Origin: Eledone cirrhosa
Taxonomy: Eukaryota
Assembly (NCBI GenBank): GCA_964016885.1
Contig: OZ024740.1
Span: 37,696,001 to 37,760,000 of the forward strand
Reading direction: 5' to 3'
Length of the DNA: 64,000 nucleotides
Shown here: positions 15,354 to 27,373 of the stretch, piece after piece
Layout of the letters: each line of letters starts with the position of its first letter
Position numbering within the stretch: position 1 is the first letter of the stretch
Notes under the pieces: generated by a model
Seen by the model: only the letters and a program-made list of their open reading frames with translations
What the model was told of the DNA's origin: nothing
Databases searched by the model: none
Made by a program: the position numbers and the translations under genes

Positions 15354-15583
15354 AAATAAAGATTAATTGATGATGTAAGTGCTCTTTGTCTTTGTTGCAT
15401 ATAACGGCTCTGCTTTCAAGCATTGAGTTAATTAAATACTGTCATATATTCGACAGGACGCCTGTATCTTATACACACGTTCTGTTGTCTAAAGATAATA
15501 CACGGCTCCCCCCCCCCCCCCCCGGTAGAGTTAATAACTATAACCTGTACACTGACCGTGTACAATTATAAATACCTGACAGT

Positions 15584-18139
15584 ATGCTAACAAAAGACTA
15601 CCTGCCTTTATCACTCAAGAACGTACCCACCCCATCTAGGAACACCTATGAAAAACTACTTATCGCCAGTGTAAACTCCTTCGTTAAGCGTATTAGGTGG
15701 CGCACTTTCCATTTTGACAGGAGACGTGAGAACCCCAGCAGGTAACCCCTAATAATAAGTATGAATTTAAAACTTATAGGAGCCCACCACACAACACTAT
15801 GCTGGATGGCTTTGAGAGTGATCTTTTGTCCCTTGTAAGGAACATTAAATATAGAAATTTTCATAAGAACAGTAATAAATTCCGTGATAAGCTTAAATCT
15901 TTAGTTAAAGGCTTTAGTGATAAAGAATCTATCCTTGTCCCTTCGGATAAGACTAAGAATATCTATAGCTTAGACTATGATACGTATCGTAAATTTATCT
16001 ATAACGAGCTCTATAGAAACTATTAAAAAAACTACCTATACCAACCTGGGTGAGATTAATAAGGAGGGAAGTGTGATTGTTGAGAAATTAGGGCTTGAGA
16101 AATATACCCAACCCTATGCCCCTAGACAACCTAGATTTACACTTAAGGACCATAAGGTTGATTTCATTAGTAAGCCATCTGTTAGGCTAATAAGCCCATC
16201 TAAATCAGATATAGGGATAATAAGCAAGAAGATTTTAGATGGAATTATACCAGTTATCAGAAATAAAATTCACCTAGACCTGTGAGGGAACACTGATGAG
16301 GTATTAAAATGGTTCTCAAGCATTAGTAACCATAAGTCTCTTAGGTTTATACAGTTTCATATTGATGCATACTATACCTCTATCTCCCCGATCCTCTTAA
16401 ATAAGGCTCTTATCATGGCCATGCAGAAGAGTTACCTCACTAGATCCCAGATTGATATTGTTCTTGCCGCACGTAAAACGATAATCATGTTTGAGGACGA
16501 ATTATGGACTCGGAAGAACACACCCAATAACTTTGATATCACTATGGGGTCTTGTGACTCAGCATAGGTTACGGATCTCGTCGGACTGTACCTCCTAAAT
16601 GAGTTACACGAAACATTCCCAAACCTCCGCGGTGGGCTGTATCGAGACAACGCTTTATTTACTCTTGAACATAAAAGGCACAATATTGAACGAACCAAGA
16701 AAGACCTGCATAGATTCTTTAAAAGTTTCAACGTTAGTATTACTATAGATAAGAATAGTAAAACAGTTAACTTCTTAGATGCAACCCTAGACTTAGAAAA
16801 TAAAACATTCACACCGTACCATAAACCTAATGAAAAACTAACCTATGTAAATGCCAGCTCCAACCATCCTAAATCGGTCCTAAACGCTATTATTAAAGGA
16901 GTTTCAAATAGAATTAGCAGGCTATCGTGTAGTGAGAATGCATTCAACTCCAATGATGGATACTATAATGAAGCCTTAGCAAAATCCGGTTATAAAAATA
17001 AGCTATTTTATATACCCAGCAACTCCCAAACCACCCATACTAGGCTAAATACCATAATCACACATAATATCTCTATAAATAATAACCGTAATAGAAATAG
17101 GAATAGGAGTAAGAATCACACCGTAAATAATCCAGCCCGGCCAAAGCCATATAGGCACACCAACAACCTGCCCAATACCAATGGCAGTAATACTAATAAC
17201 GGCATGATTGGAGTTAAAGATAAAAACCAAGGAAATGGAAACGACAATGGCACTGGTAGTAACCTAAATAATGCAGCACAGCCGCATCAAGTATACCCTA
17301 ACAGTAATAACCCCCTAAATAGGAGAAATAGTAAAAATAGAAGAAGGCAAAACACTTATTTCAACCCACCTTATAACTCCGAAGTCCTTACCACCTTCCT
17401 AGAACATTCTTCGCGATACTAGAAAAGAACTTCCCGCCAAGCAGTAGATATCACAGGATTATTAATAAAAATACAATTAAATTATCCTATTCTACTACAC
17501 TTAATCTAGCCTCACACTTAGCACGCACAAATAATAGGAAAATTAGGGGAGGTTTTGAGACCATCAGATCTGCAAATAACCACCAACCACCTAACCCACT
17601 GGGAAATGGGTTGCCTGGTGGAGGTAGTGACCCACCGAATGCACAAGTAATGCCTCGAGATAGTGCAAACAGCCACTCGTCCCGACGCATGTTGAATGAC
17701 ACAATCCGCAACTGTAATTGTAGGCGGAGAGATAGTTGCCCTATCAGAGGTTACTGCCTCATGAAAAATATAGTCTACGCTTGTGACGTGACAACACCTA
17801 CCTCTACCAAAACCTACATTGGCTCAACATCCACCTCGTTTAAAACGAGATATAACTCACATAGAGGCACCTTTAGACATGATAGGCTTAAGAATACAAC
17901 CTCGTTGGCAGGCTATATTTGTTTTAAAAAAAGCCGGCACCTCCTATACTCTTAATTGGGGACAGGCGGTTAAGTCTGCACCTTACCGCCCACCGAGCAA
18001 AATGTGTAACCTGTGCCTTTTGGAAACTCACGCCATAGTTTACTCCAGACAAAACCTGCTCAATAGGAAATCTGAGATATTTTCCTCCTGTCAGCACAGA
18101 ATCCTAAGCTCTTTCTTCTATTTTAAGCCAAGTATCTAG
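15584..18139 (+). mobile_element. Decayed Penelope-like retroelement ORF (RT + GIY-YIG endonuclease; Neptune/Nematis-like by recollection), with stops and frameshifts
   Basis: N-terminus SLKNVPTPS..FVKRIRWR; RT motifs TLKDHK..PSVRLISPSKSDIG, IQFHIDAYYTSI, FDITMGS, GLYRDN, VNFLDATL; YFNPPY linker; CNCRRRDSCPIRGYC and IVY...TYIGST..FKTRYNSH (GIY-YIG); C-terminal CNLCLLE..LLNRKSEI..CQH. Confidence 0.92.
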
Positions 18140-19569
18140 ATAATCCGTTCTTAACTTAAGTTATTTTTCTTTTTCTTTTCTTTAGCACTCATTTATCTTT
18201 TTCTTTAGCACTCATTTATCTCTTCAACTTGCATACCCCTTAATGTTCCCGCACCCGATTAGTATGAGGGGCACCCCAACTTCGATCTCGCTGGATTTGA
18301 CCTGAATTTGAGGAATGCTACATTTTAGTGTGGTAAGATCACCCTGCGTTCATAGAGATCAATTAATATAGAAATACTGCTAACAACAGTGCTATATATA
18401 TGGGTCCCAAAGGATTGCTCCCATAACAGACTGTAGTGATTATTACTGTCTCGTGCTATGAGTGAACCCGACATTGATGCCATAACCGGCCTCAGTGTGG
18501 GTAAACAACTCATACCGGAGGGGGGGGGGTATTTGATATTGCGTTGATTGTCTCTGGCGAGTTTGGTCAAAATGGGTACAATCTAGAGTTGTCCCCCTTT
18601 ACACGGAATGATTTAATCTGTATCTTCGTAAATAGACGGCCAGATTGACCTCCCTTACACTTCCCCCAAGGGAATGGCCGGCCTGCTAGGAGCGTTATGA
18701 TGTAGACTCGAAATGTTTACTACGTCATGATATTCTGAGTGTTGATCTTTGAATGTGGGCAAAGTGAAGAACACAGAAGCACTGGAACGCTGTAAACACT
18801 GGAATTAAACGGTCAATTGATTTGATTTAATTAATTAAATTAGAACATATTGGATTACCATTGTACCAGGTTGGAATATAGTAAGCGATACTGTGGATGC
18901 GCTGAATGTACCTTACAGCTTGATATGTATAGTTACATCTATACTTGTATGACTTGGATAATTTAAGTCATTCGTTACACCACGTGGTATGCTAGGAAAC
19001 TTAGGATTGCATGGATTCACAGCCCCACAGCTATGCTGTGGAGGTATTGATCATGGCATGAGACTGGAGTAGATGGTATTGTAATCGTAAGGGATAACAC
19101 GGACGAGTGGAACACGTAGATACATGTATGTATGTATGTATATATATATATATATAAATGTGTGGGTGCGTGTGTGCCCAGGTCTATGTAGACTTACACA
19201 CACACACGCAAACGTCATGTTCTACTGATATATATGATGATTGCTTTCACCTGCTTCCACTACACTTTGCTTTAGCGACCTGTATGTTCTGTGAACCACA
19301 CAGATAAATTGCATTTGAACGCCACCTATAACACTTGTTGCCATACTGTGATGGATACATGGAGTTCCACTATATGATCGCTTTATCTGGCTCCCGCTGT
19401 ATCTGACTCTGCCTCCATTCACTATGGTATTGTTTATGTATATCAGGAATGAATGTTTAAACAAGAAAGCTGCTTGCCAGACACAGAAACAACATATGTC
19501 AAAGCAAATAAATTCATCATCTCTAATGCCAAATTTTCTATAGCCAGCCTTCTCTGGTTTGGCCATTGG

Positions 19570-20250
19570 TGAAAAGAGGGAGTTTGTTGCTGCTGTTCTT
19601 ATTTGTGGTTTGCCTCTTGTTGTGGGTTCATCCGGTATCTTGGTCCGTAGAATGTCAAGATGTCTCTTGAAAACATCTACATGCACACCATGTAGATCAC
19701 TCAGATTTTTTAGAAACTTATTAAAAAGCCGGGGTCCCTTGAACCCCAGGCTATTGCAGTATGTGGTCCGTATTCTCGATGCAACGGATGAGACCAATGG
19801 CACCACACAGTGACATCCGGTTCATGGGCTGGTCCTGCCTTCAATGCTGAAGTTTGGTGCTAACCCTTCCAGGATCTTCCGCTCCAGGGAGTAAAGCTTT
19901 AATTTCTTTAGCCTCTCCCAGTAGCTCATCTCTTTCATTGAGGAAATAATTGTTTCTACTTTAGGCACAAGGCCAGCAATTACCCAGTGCATTACTGGTA
20001 CTTTCTTTTATCGACCCCGTAAGGATGAAAGGCAAAGTCAACCTCGGCGGGATTTGAACTCAGATCGTAAAGGGACGTAACTATGCTGGAAAGCATGGCG
20101 TCCGACCCTCTACCAATACTGCCAATCCACCGCCTTTCATTGAGGAAATAATGTTGGTGTAACTTCGTTGGATTGCCTCAAGTTTTGCAGTTAATTTGAC
20201 ACTGTGGGGTGACCACAGCTGAGGGCAATAGTCCAGTCGGCTGAGGATAA
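19570..20250 (-). mobile_element. 3' fragment of a CR1/L2-group LINE, interrupted by a SINE
   Basis: Post-RT motifs SRLDYCPQLWSPH..LEAIQRSYT, SYWERLKKLKLYSLERK and GPRLFN..FKRHLD..IPDEP. Confidence 0.75.
19951..20134 (-). mobile_element. Full-length tRNA-derived SINE with an 18-bp target-site duplication
   Basis: TSD TTTCATTGAGGAAATAAT at 19933-19950 and 20135-20152; A-box-like TGGCAGTATTGG, B-box GAGTTCAAATCC, central TTTGCCTTTCATCCTTACGGGGTCGATAAA. Related copies lie at about 24697-25030, 28888-29050, 31755-31807, 37780-37897, 44175-44336, 51803-52000, 52762-52935, 60237-60425 and 60636-60720. Confidence 0.9.
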
Positions 20251-20606
20251 AATATATATAATATAACATGACTACTACACCACCACCAAACCATTACACT
20301 ACACCACACTACAACACAACCATCATATATATGTAGTAAATTCTATAAGTTGATTATACAACAGTTAGGCATTCAGTTGATAAAAACTGAGATGTGGTTT
20401 ATTCTATATCCAGATTAGCAAAAGGTATTCCAGAGGTAAATCCAGTTGGTATACTTCCGGTCATCTGAGATTTACAATCACAGAGCATATATTAACTTAA
20501 GAAATAGATCACCAAGTTCAACAGTTAATACATTATTTATTTGATCTATATATGTTTTAGGTGCAAAGCCATATGAACATTTCCTCTCTCTCTATATATA
20601 TATATC

Positions 20607-21012
20607 TAAGACAATGACACTGGATCGAGATCTTTGGCACCCTGCAGTTGTACAGATGACCCAACTACCATTACATACACACCTCTTAACCCAATGTACA
20701 CCCCACCCCACACACATACCCCATCCTCCCTCTCCTGTTCCGTCCACTGTGTCGATGACACAACAGTCCACACTGTAAGGTGGCCGTGTAGGAGACACAC
20801 TGTAAGGTGGCCGTGTAGGAGACACAGTGAAAAGGCTCTCGGTCCACACTGTAAATGTGGTTGGTGTTAGGAAGGGCATCCAGCTGTAAAAAACCTGCCA
20901 GAGACACTTCCGTGCGAGTGAGAGACGGTCTCCCGACCATTCCCGCATCAAATGGAACAAAACCGTCTAACCATGCTCGCGTGGAAGATGGACATTAAAC
21001 GATGATGATGAT
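20607..21012 (+). mobile_element. RTE LINE 3' end (last codons, 3'UTR, (GAT)n tail)
   Basis: Homologous to ~59490-59943, including CACTGTAAATGTGGTTGGTGTTAGGAAGGGCATCCAGCTGT and the tail. Confidence 0.85.
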
Positions 21013-21503
21013 GTATAGCTTTCTGTCACAGCACGACTTAGTGGTTAGGGTATTCGGCTAACGATTGTATGGTTGTGAATTTGATGACAATTCACGGGAA
21101 ATAAATAATGAGAGATGGTCTGGCATAATAAAAAAATTTGAAAGAAAGACATTCTATGGTGAAAATTGCTCAACACGATGGCCTACTCAGCTAGTTGTGA
21201 ATAAGTGATGATCTAAAATCAAATAACATGTGTAGACACATTTGATTTAACAGCCAATATATTGATCTATGGCTTTAGAATTATATAAAATTAACTTAGG
21301 TAGAGATAACTATATACACCCACATACACATATATATATATATATATTTCGTTGACAAATATATCAATATGCCCAGACATGCAGATATATTGCCCTTGGT
21401 ATGACAGTGTGGTTTTAGCTCAATGTAGGATAACTAGTATACTACAGAGCCGTTATAGTTATAGGAGTAACCAAAGAGTGCTTAGAAATACATTGTTTTA
21501 TTA

Positions 21504-21548
21504 GCTAACAGTGTTTCATCCATACACCATGGCAGGAATCATCAGAGC
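21504..21548 (-). ncRNA. Degenerate minimal hammerhead ribozyme
   Basis: GCU-CUGAUGA-UUCC..GGAU-GAAAC-ACU-GUU-AGC; core boxes present but the stem II closing pair is U-U. Confidence 0.65.
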
Positions 21549-21895
21549 CTATAAACATGAGTATATCAGTAGTTGCATGCTCCATCGAGCTGCGTCACCA
21601 GAACAAGATTAAAGGACCAGCAGGGGGGTCCCGAGGCCAGCGCTATATGGAAAAAGACAGAATACATGATGCACATAATGTCATAAAATGTCTTAAAAAT
21701 TTAAAATTAAAAATTACACCAAAAATGTATCACTTAAATGGTGAAATAGATGATAAAGAGGTTGGGAGAGGGTAGCAAGGGATGAGTGAGGGTATTATAC
21801 AGCATGATCAGAAACAATAAGAAAATAATAAGAAACCTTGTTCTGGTGACGCAACTCGATGAAACATGCAACTACTGATATACTCATGTTTACAG

Positions 21896-21940
21896 GCTCT
21901 GATGATTCCTGCCATGGTGTATGGATGAAACACCATTAGC
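21896..21940 (+). ncRNA. Degenerate minimal hammerhead ribozyme
   Basis: GCU-CUGAUGA-UUCC..GGAU-GAAAC-ACC-AUU-AGC; stem III is disrupted. Confidence 0.55.
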
Positions 21941-21982
21941 TAATAAAACAATGTATTTCTAAGCACTCTTTGGTTACTCCTA

Positions 21983-22019
<37 letters not shown>

Positions 22020-22129
22020 GGTGTTGGATGCTTAAAGCGTCCGTATGTGGTAGGCCGTATGAGCACTCAATGCGATATGTATATATGTGATGGCATTCAA
22101 GTATAGTCATCACTTGAATTTTCAAACAT

Positions 22130-23860
22130 GCTTCTGCATGTGTGTAGCACAGATGTGACTCTTTATGCCAGCAAGTCCTACATTATCTGGTACAGACATG
22201 TTCTTTGGCAACAAGAATCAATGGTTGATTGTCATCTACTTATAGGTGCCACCTCAGGCCTCCTGCTGATTGGCAAACTTTACTGCATTGGAGGCAGATT
22301 GTTATGCTATATGCACAAGCATAATCTGCATCAGATCTATTGACATGGCTCCTTGAACCTCATCATAGATTTATGAGGGGGGACGTTTGCCATCACTCAG
22401 CTCACAATAAAGGAATTGTTTGGATAATCTAGTCTTCCATTCTCACCATAGGTTCCACCCATTGGAGATGGTGTTGCAAGATAATCCACTTGATACTCTG
22501 ACAGTGACTTTTTTCAAAGACCTCAACGTCACTTACATACATCCTCCAGTATAGACCCAAGATTCAATGAAGGCACTGCTAGTAAAAGTGCTCAGCTAGT
22601 TTAGATATATCTGGTAAATAACCAATGTCTCATAAGTCTACAGTAGAGATGACAATACACTAGTCACATAGACCTTAATTTTAGTATCAATAGAGATACC
22701 CTGCTGAGACCATAATCTCTTTTCCAACTTTCCAAAGGCATCATTAGCTTTGCTAATTCTTGATGATATTTCATTGTCAAGGCTGCATGATACATTTAAG
22801 GCAATGCTAAGATAACAAACCCCTCCAGCACCTGGATCATACACTCTTATGTCTGGTTCTACATATAGTTTTCCTGGTTCCGGCTGATACAAGGCCACAG
22901 TCTTCCTCAAGTTGATTGTTAAACCATGAAGAGAACATGCACTGCTGAAGGATTCCATTAGGTGCTGCATATCTTCCTGCACATGGGCAAAATCATCTGC
23001 ATACAGAAATTCTCTCAACAGTGCATACATGACCTTCATATTGGCACCAAAGCATCTTATGCTGAAAAGCTTCCCATATGTACGACGGTCTTAAAATGCT
23101 ATTAAAAATACCACTGCCAAGAACAAAGTAAGTGCTGTTATGTCACCTTGTTTGATGCCATTCCTTACGATAGGTTCTGACACATTTCCACCAATATTCA
23201 CTCAGCCTTTCATGTCATCATGAAACTGATGCAGGATTGCCAAGAATTTGTCAATATTTCCAAGTATTTTCCAAAGAACTTCATTAACTGTGTCAATGAA
23301 AATTTGAAACAGATCTATTCTTGTTTTATACACTTTTCCTGAAGCTGTCTAGCCAAAAATATCATGTCCACTATGCCTCTGCCTTGTTTAAAACCACATT
23401 GGGATTCTAATAGAACATCATCAGCAATGTGTATCATAAGTCTTTCCAGCCACTGACAGCAGCACTATTCCTCTATAGTTACTATAGTCATTCTTTCCAC
23501 CCTTTCTCTTATACAGAACAACCATTGAGAGTGTCTTTCCAGTCTTGGGGTACTATTTCTTCTCCCCAAACGTTTTGTATCAAGGAAGCAACGCAATGTA
23601 TTAAGTTGTCACATCAGCATTTAAAGAATTCTGCCAGCAAGCCCCCCATACCAAGAGACTTGCCACTGCTAAGTTTCTGAACAGTGGTTTCAATTTCTTC
23701 TATTGAAGCAACCTCTGCTAGAGTATCTTTGACAGGTCTGTATGGTATTGACTCAAGAAACTCCTCATCAATCTCCAAAGGCTGATGCCACCTGCCCAGT
23801 ATTGGTGTATGGATGGGGAAGGGAGAGAAGATTTGGTGCATATTAGTGTTCTCTCAATGT
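22130..23860 (-). mobile_element. Old degenerate RTE-clade LINE (second family)
   Basis: LREFLYADDF, GLTINLRKT, SLDNEISSRISKANDAFGKL, TKIKVY; upstream IQQGDI-like motif and EIETTVQKLSSGKS. Confidence 0.85.
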
Positions 23861-23865
23861 TTGCT

Positions 23866-24520
23866 TTATCCTGTGCACATAGGAAGCTGGGTCTTCTGCA
23901 ATACTGCATATTGCCAGAGATCTTGATCCTGCCATCTCCCTCTGACTGCTGAACTTTTGGAACATCCACCTCCACTGCTAATTTGATCACTCAGGTAAAA
24001 GAAGTTGTCAACTACTTCTATGAAAAATTTGATAGAGCTTGTTTCTGTGAGTTGCTTACTGTTCCTGTGCATCAACCACATGTAAAACCTACGGCCTTTG
24101 CTAGCCTACTTGAGATCCCACTACATCTCGTGTACCCATAGTTTGCATTTGGGACAAAGGATTTAAAACCCACTTGAAGGGATCAAGGCCTTCTTTCCTT
24201 TCTACTTACTAAGACTTTTGCCAAGCTGTCTTTAAGACGTTTTGATTCCAAGTTATGCTTCTAGGTCTGGAATTTCCTTACTAATTCTGCTATAAATTCA
24301 GCGATGAGAGTTAGATCATCAGCATATAGGAGTTCCCATGGGCAGCTTGAAGGACAATAATAAACAAAAGAACGAAGTCCTGGTGTCCCCTCCCCCCACT
24401 TGCATGCTAAACTCCTCACAATAGTCATTATTAATTTTAACCTTGCTAACTGATCTTCTATACGTGACTTGTAATGCCATCACAACCCATGCGTCTACTC
24501 CTAGTTTCCTAAACACCACA
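23866..24520 (-). mobile_element. Rearranged fragments of the PHD-RTE LINE family
   Basis: RKLGVDAWVV..VSKVKINNDY, WELLYADDL and YLSDQISSGGGCS match the ORF at 57285-59555. Confidence 0.8.
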
Positions 24521-25034
24521 TACATTTATTTATACATACAAGCTCACAAAAAGCACTTTCTTTGCAAAGAAACCACTTCATATATTGACAACAGCAACAC
24601 CAGCAAGTAGTAATAGTAATAGCTTTATTTAGAAGTGGGTGATATTTTGCTATTACCATCACCACCATCAATACTACTACTACCATTACTACAAATAATT
24701 GTTTCTACATTTGGCACAAGGTCAGCAATTTGAAGGGAAGAGAAAAAATTGATTAAATTGACCAGTGTGTTACTGGTATTTTATTTTAGCAGCCCTGTAA
24801 GGATGAAAAGCAAAGCTAACTTTTGTAGGATTTGAACTCAGAAGGCAATGGGCCATAACTAAATGCCACAAAGCATGTTGCCCAACACTCTACCAATACT
24901 GCCAATCCTTTTACTTTTAGCACAAGGCCAGCAATTTGAAGGGCAGGAGAAAGCAATACAAGTACTTTATTGACCTCATAAGGATGAAATGCAAATCTAA
25001 CTTTGGCAGGACTTGAACTCAGAATGTAAAGTGC

Positions 25035-25900
25035 TGTAGACAGTATGATGCCTGTGTGAGAACTGCAATGTTACATAGCAGTGAAACATGGGCCTTGACT
25101 GCAGAAGACCTGCAGAGACTAGAAAGAAATGAGTCAAGTATGCTCCAATGGATGTGCAATGTTAGTGTACATGAGTGACATAGCATAAGCAAACTGAGAG
25201 AAAAACTTGCCATAAGAGTTATTGGAAGTAGTATGCAAGAGAAAAGACTGCGTTGGTATGGGCATGTGATATGCATCAAAGATAACAGCTGCATAAAGAA
25301 ATGCAGAGAAATCCCAGTTGCTGAGACCCGTGGAAGAGGCAGACCCAGGAAGACATGGGATGAGGTAAGACTAACCTTAAGAAACTAAACCTCACAACAG
25401 AAATGACTAAAGATTGTGAGGGCTGGCGCTATGTGGTGCTAAAGAAAACCTTACCTGCAACATACAATTTGGCCTGACCCCTCCCTCTCTTCTACCACAG
25501 TTCATCAACAGCTATCACCAACACCACTACAACCCATAACCTCCCCACAGACGCTCCTAGTTGTCCCTTTGTGAAGTGATTGGTGATGGCAGGTAGGGAC
25601 TGCAAAACAAATGGTTATGAGGACTGTCCAGTCGTGTCAAGGACATGACAGTCTCCCTAGTGTTTGGTGATCTATATGATAAACACACCCAGTTCATGCT
25701 GTGAAGTGGTTGGTGATAGGAAGGGCATCCAACCAAAGAATGCTTGCCAAACAATGGGTCAGGAGGACCCTTCAGTTGTGTCAAGAACATGAAAACCACC
25801 CTAGTGTTGATCTACATGATAAAAGCACTCAGTACACACTGTAAAATAATTGGTGAGAGCAATGTCATCCAGCTGTAGAAAGCTTGCCAAACAAAGTGTT
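25035..25900 (+). mobile_element. RTE LINE 3' fragment with 3'UTR-like repeats
   Basis: YDACVRTAML.SETW..RLERNE..RLRWYGHV..GRGRPRKTWDE. Confidence 0.8.
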
Positions 25901-27115
25901 GAGAGAACCCTCAATTGTGTCAAACACACACACATATATATATATGAATGAAAAATGGCGAGCTGTGTTGTTGCAAATATGATATATATATAATAAAGAA
26001 TTAGAAATAGAAGCCAGGACTATCCATCATCAGTGGTCTACTAGCCATCATAGGTATTTCTTTGCATTACAGACCATATACCTCCGGCTAGGGCAATACA
26101 ATAACTAAATTAAGTTATTGGGATAAAAAGAGTTGGGTGGAGAAAAAGAGACCACTAACCCCCACTTATACACCCGCATTCAACCCTTTCCCCACCACCA
26201 GTAATACTAACACCCCCTCTACCACACACACACCAGTACACTTCACTCCCTCCTCTGTCCCCAAGACCTTTTCTCTCCCTCTCCTCGCTCCACCTACACC
26301 CCTTCACACACACACATCCCACTAACACCTCTACTAATATACACCCCATCTCCCCACATTCCTCCTCCACCCTTCACACCTAGCCATCCTCTCCCCTGTC
26401 CATTGCATCTCCGCACACACAGACACACAGTCCTCACCACATACAGACCTTTCTCCACCTGTCATCCTCCTCTACTGCTATCTCTTCACCCTGCCTTGAC
26501 CCTCTGACCACTTCCTGTTGTGCGCGCACCCCACATCTCTCCACTTCCGACCACCACAACCAATTGATTCCACACCACCGGTCATCGTTCCAGCTATCCA
26601 CTCTATAACATGAAATATATCCAACATCTTATCGCACACTCCACGGAACTACCTTAGGAACTTACCCACGAACAAACACTCCCATTTTTTTTTTAACCAC
26701 GCCACCTACATCCACACCACGTATAAACACAAACACACATGTGCGTACCCCCACATATACACACTCAGCCTTCGGAATTAACGCCCCCCCCCCCCACCCA
26801 CCCACACACCGACTTACACCCCACCCCACACCTTTTCCTGAACATGGAACCTCGTTCTTCCCCCAACTCTCACATTCACATACACACACACACGTACACC
26901 AACACACATACACAAACACCACCTTCAATCCTCCCCGCTCGGACCCCCCCCACCACCCCTACACACCTCACTCTTCCACCACTTGTTTATTTTTATATGT
27001 ATTTTATGTTTATTTTTAATCGTTTTTCCTCCCTTTTCTCTCCCCCCTTTTTTCTAAATGTCTTTCCACCAGTTCCCCACACACCCTTGGAACTCTCTTC
27101 CTACCCACTTTTCTC

Positions 27116-27143
27116 CTGATGAAGGGCTTATGCCCGAAACGTC
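27116..27143 (+). ncRNA. Minimal hammerhead-like motif (PLE-type) at the end of a C-rich element
   Basis: CUGAUGA-A-GGGC-UUAU-GCCC-GAAAC-GUC, followed by AATAAA (~27172) and a (CA)n/(TA)n tract; stem I is not evident. Confidence 0.6.
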
Positions 27144-27373
27144 CCCCCCCCACTCTCAAAAGCGTGAACCTAATAAACTCTTATTTGTACTGCCTCTGTT
27201 TTTGTTCCCGTCCAAGTTTTAACTATACACACACACACATATATATATATACATATATATATTATTCAAAATATTAATGAATGAAAAATCTTCTCATAAT
27301 CAAAATATATATTTTATTATACATATTTCAAAGGTACAATGGTGTTTAAGTACGTTTTCATCAGATAAAATAT

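Larger units (their letters stand above)
14574..15500. repeat. 256-bp inverted repeat (14574-14829 / 15245-15500), pseudo-LTRs of the adjacent Penelope-like element
   Basis: The arms are near-identical reverse complements around an A/G-rich spacer. Each carries a hammerhead motif and the right arm ends just upstream of the PLE ORF start. Confidence 0.9.
21454..21990. repeat. 154-bp inverted repeat (21454-21607 / 21837-21990) carrying hammerhead motifs; likely an ORF-less PLE remnant
   Basis: Reverse-complement arms, purine-rich spacer, right arm runs into a (TA)n tract; same layout as 14574-15500. Confidence 0.85.

Noticed and set aside
18230-19120. Unique-looking sequence after the PLE ORF, examined for a downstream pLTR or ribozyme
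   Set aside because: No match to the 256-bp repeat and no hammerhead core seen; left unassigned.
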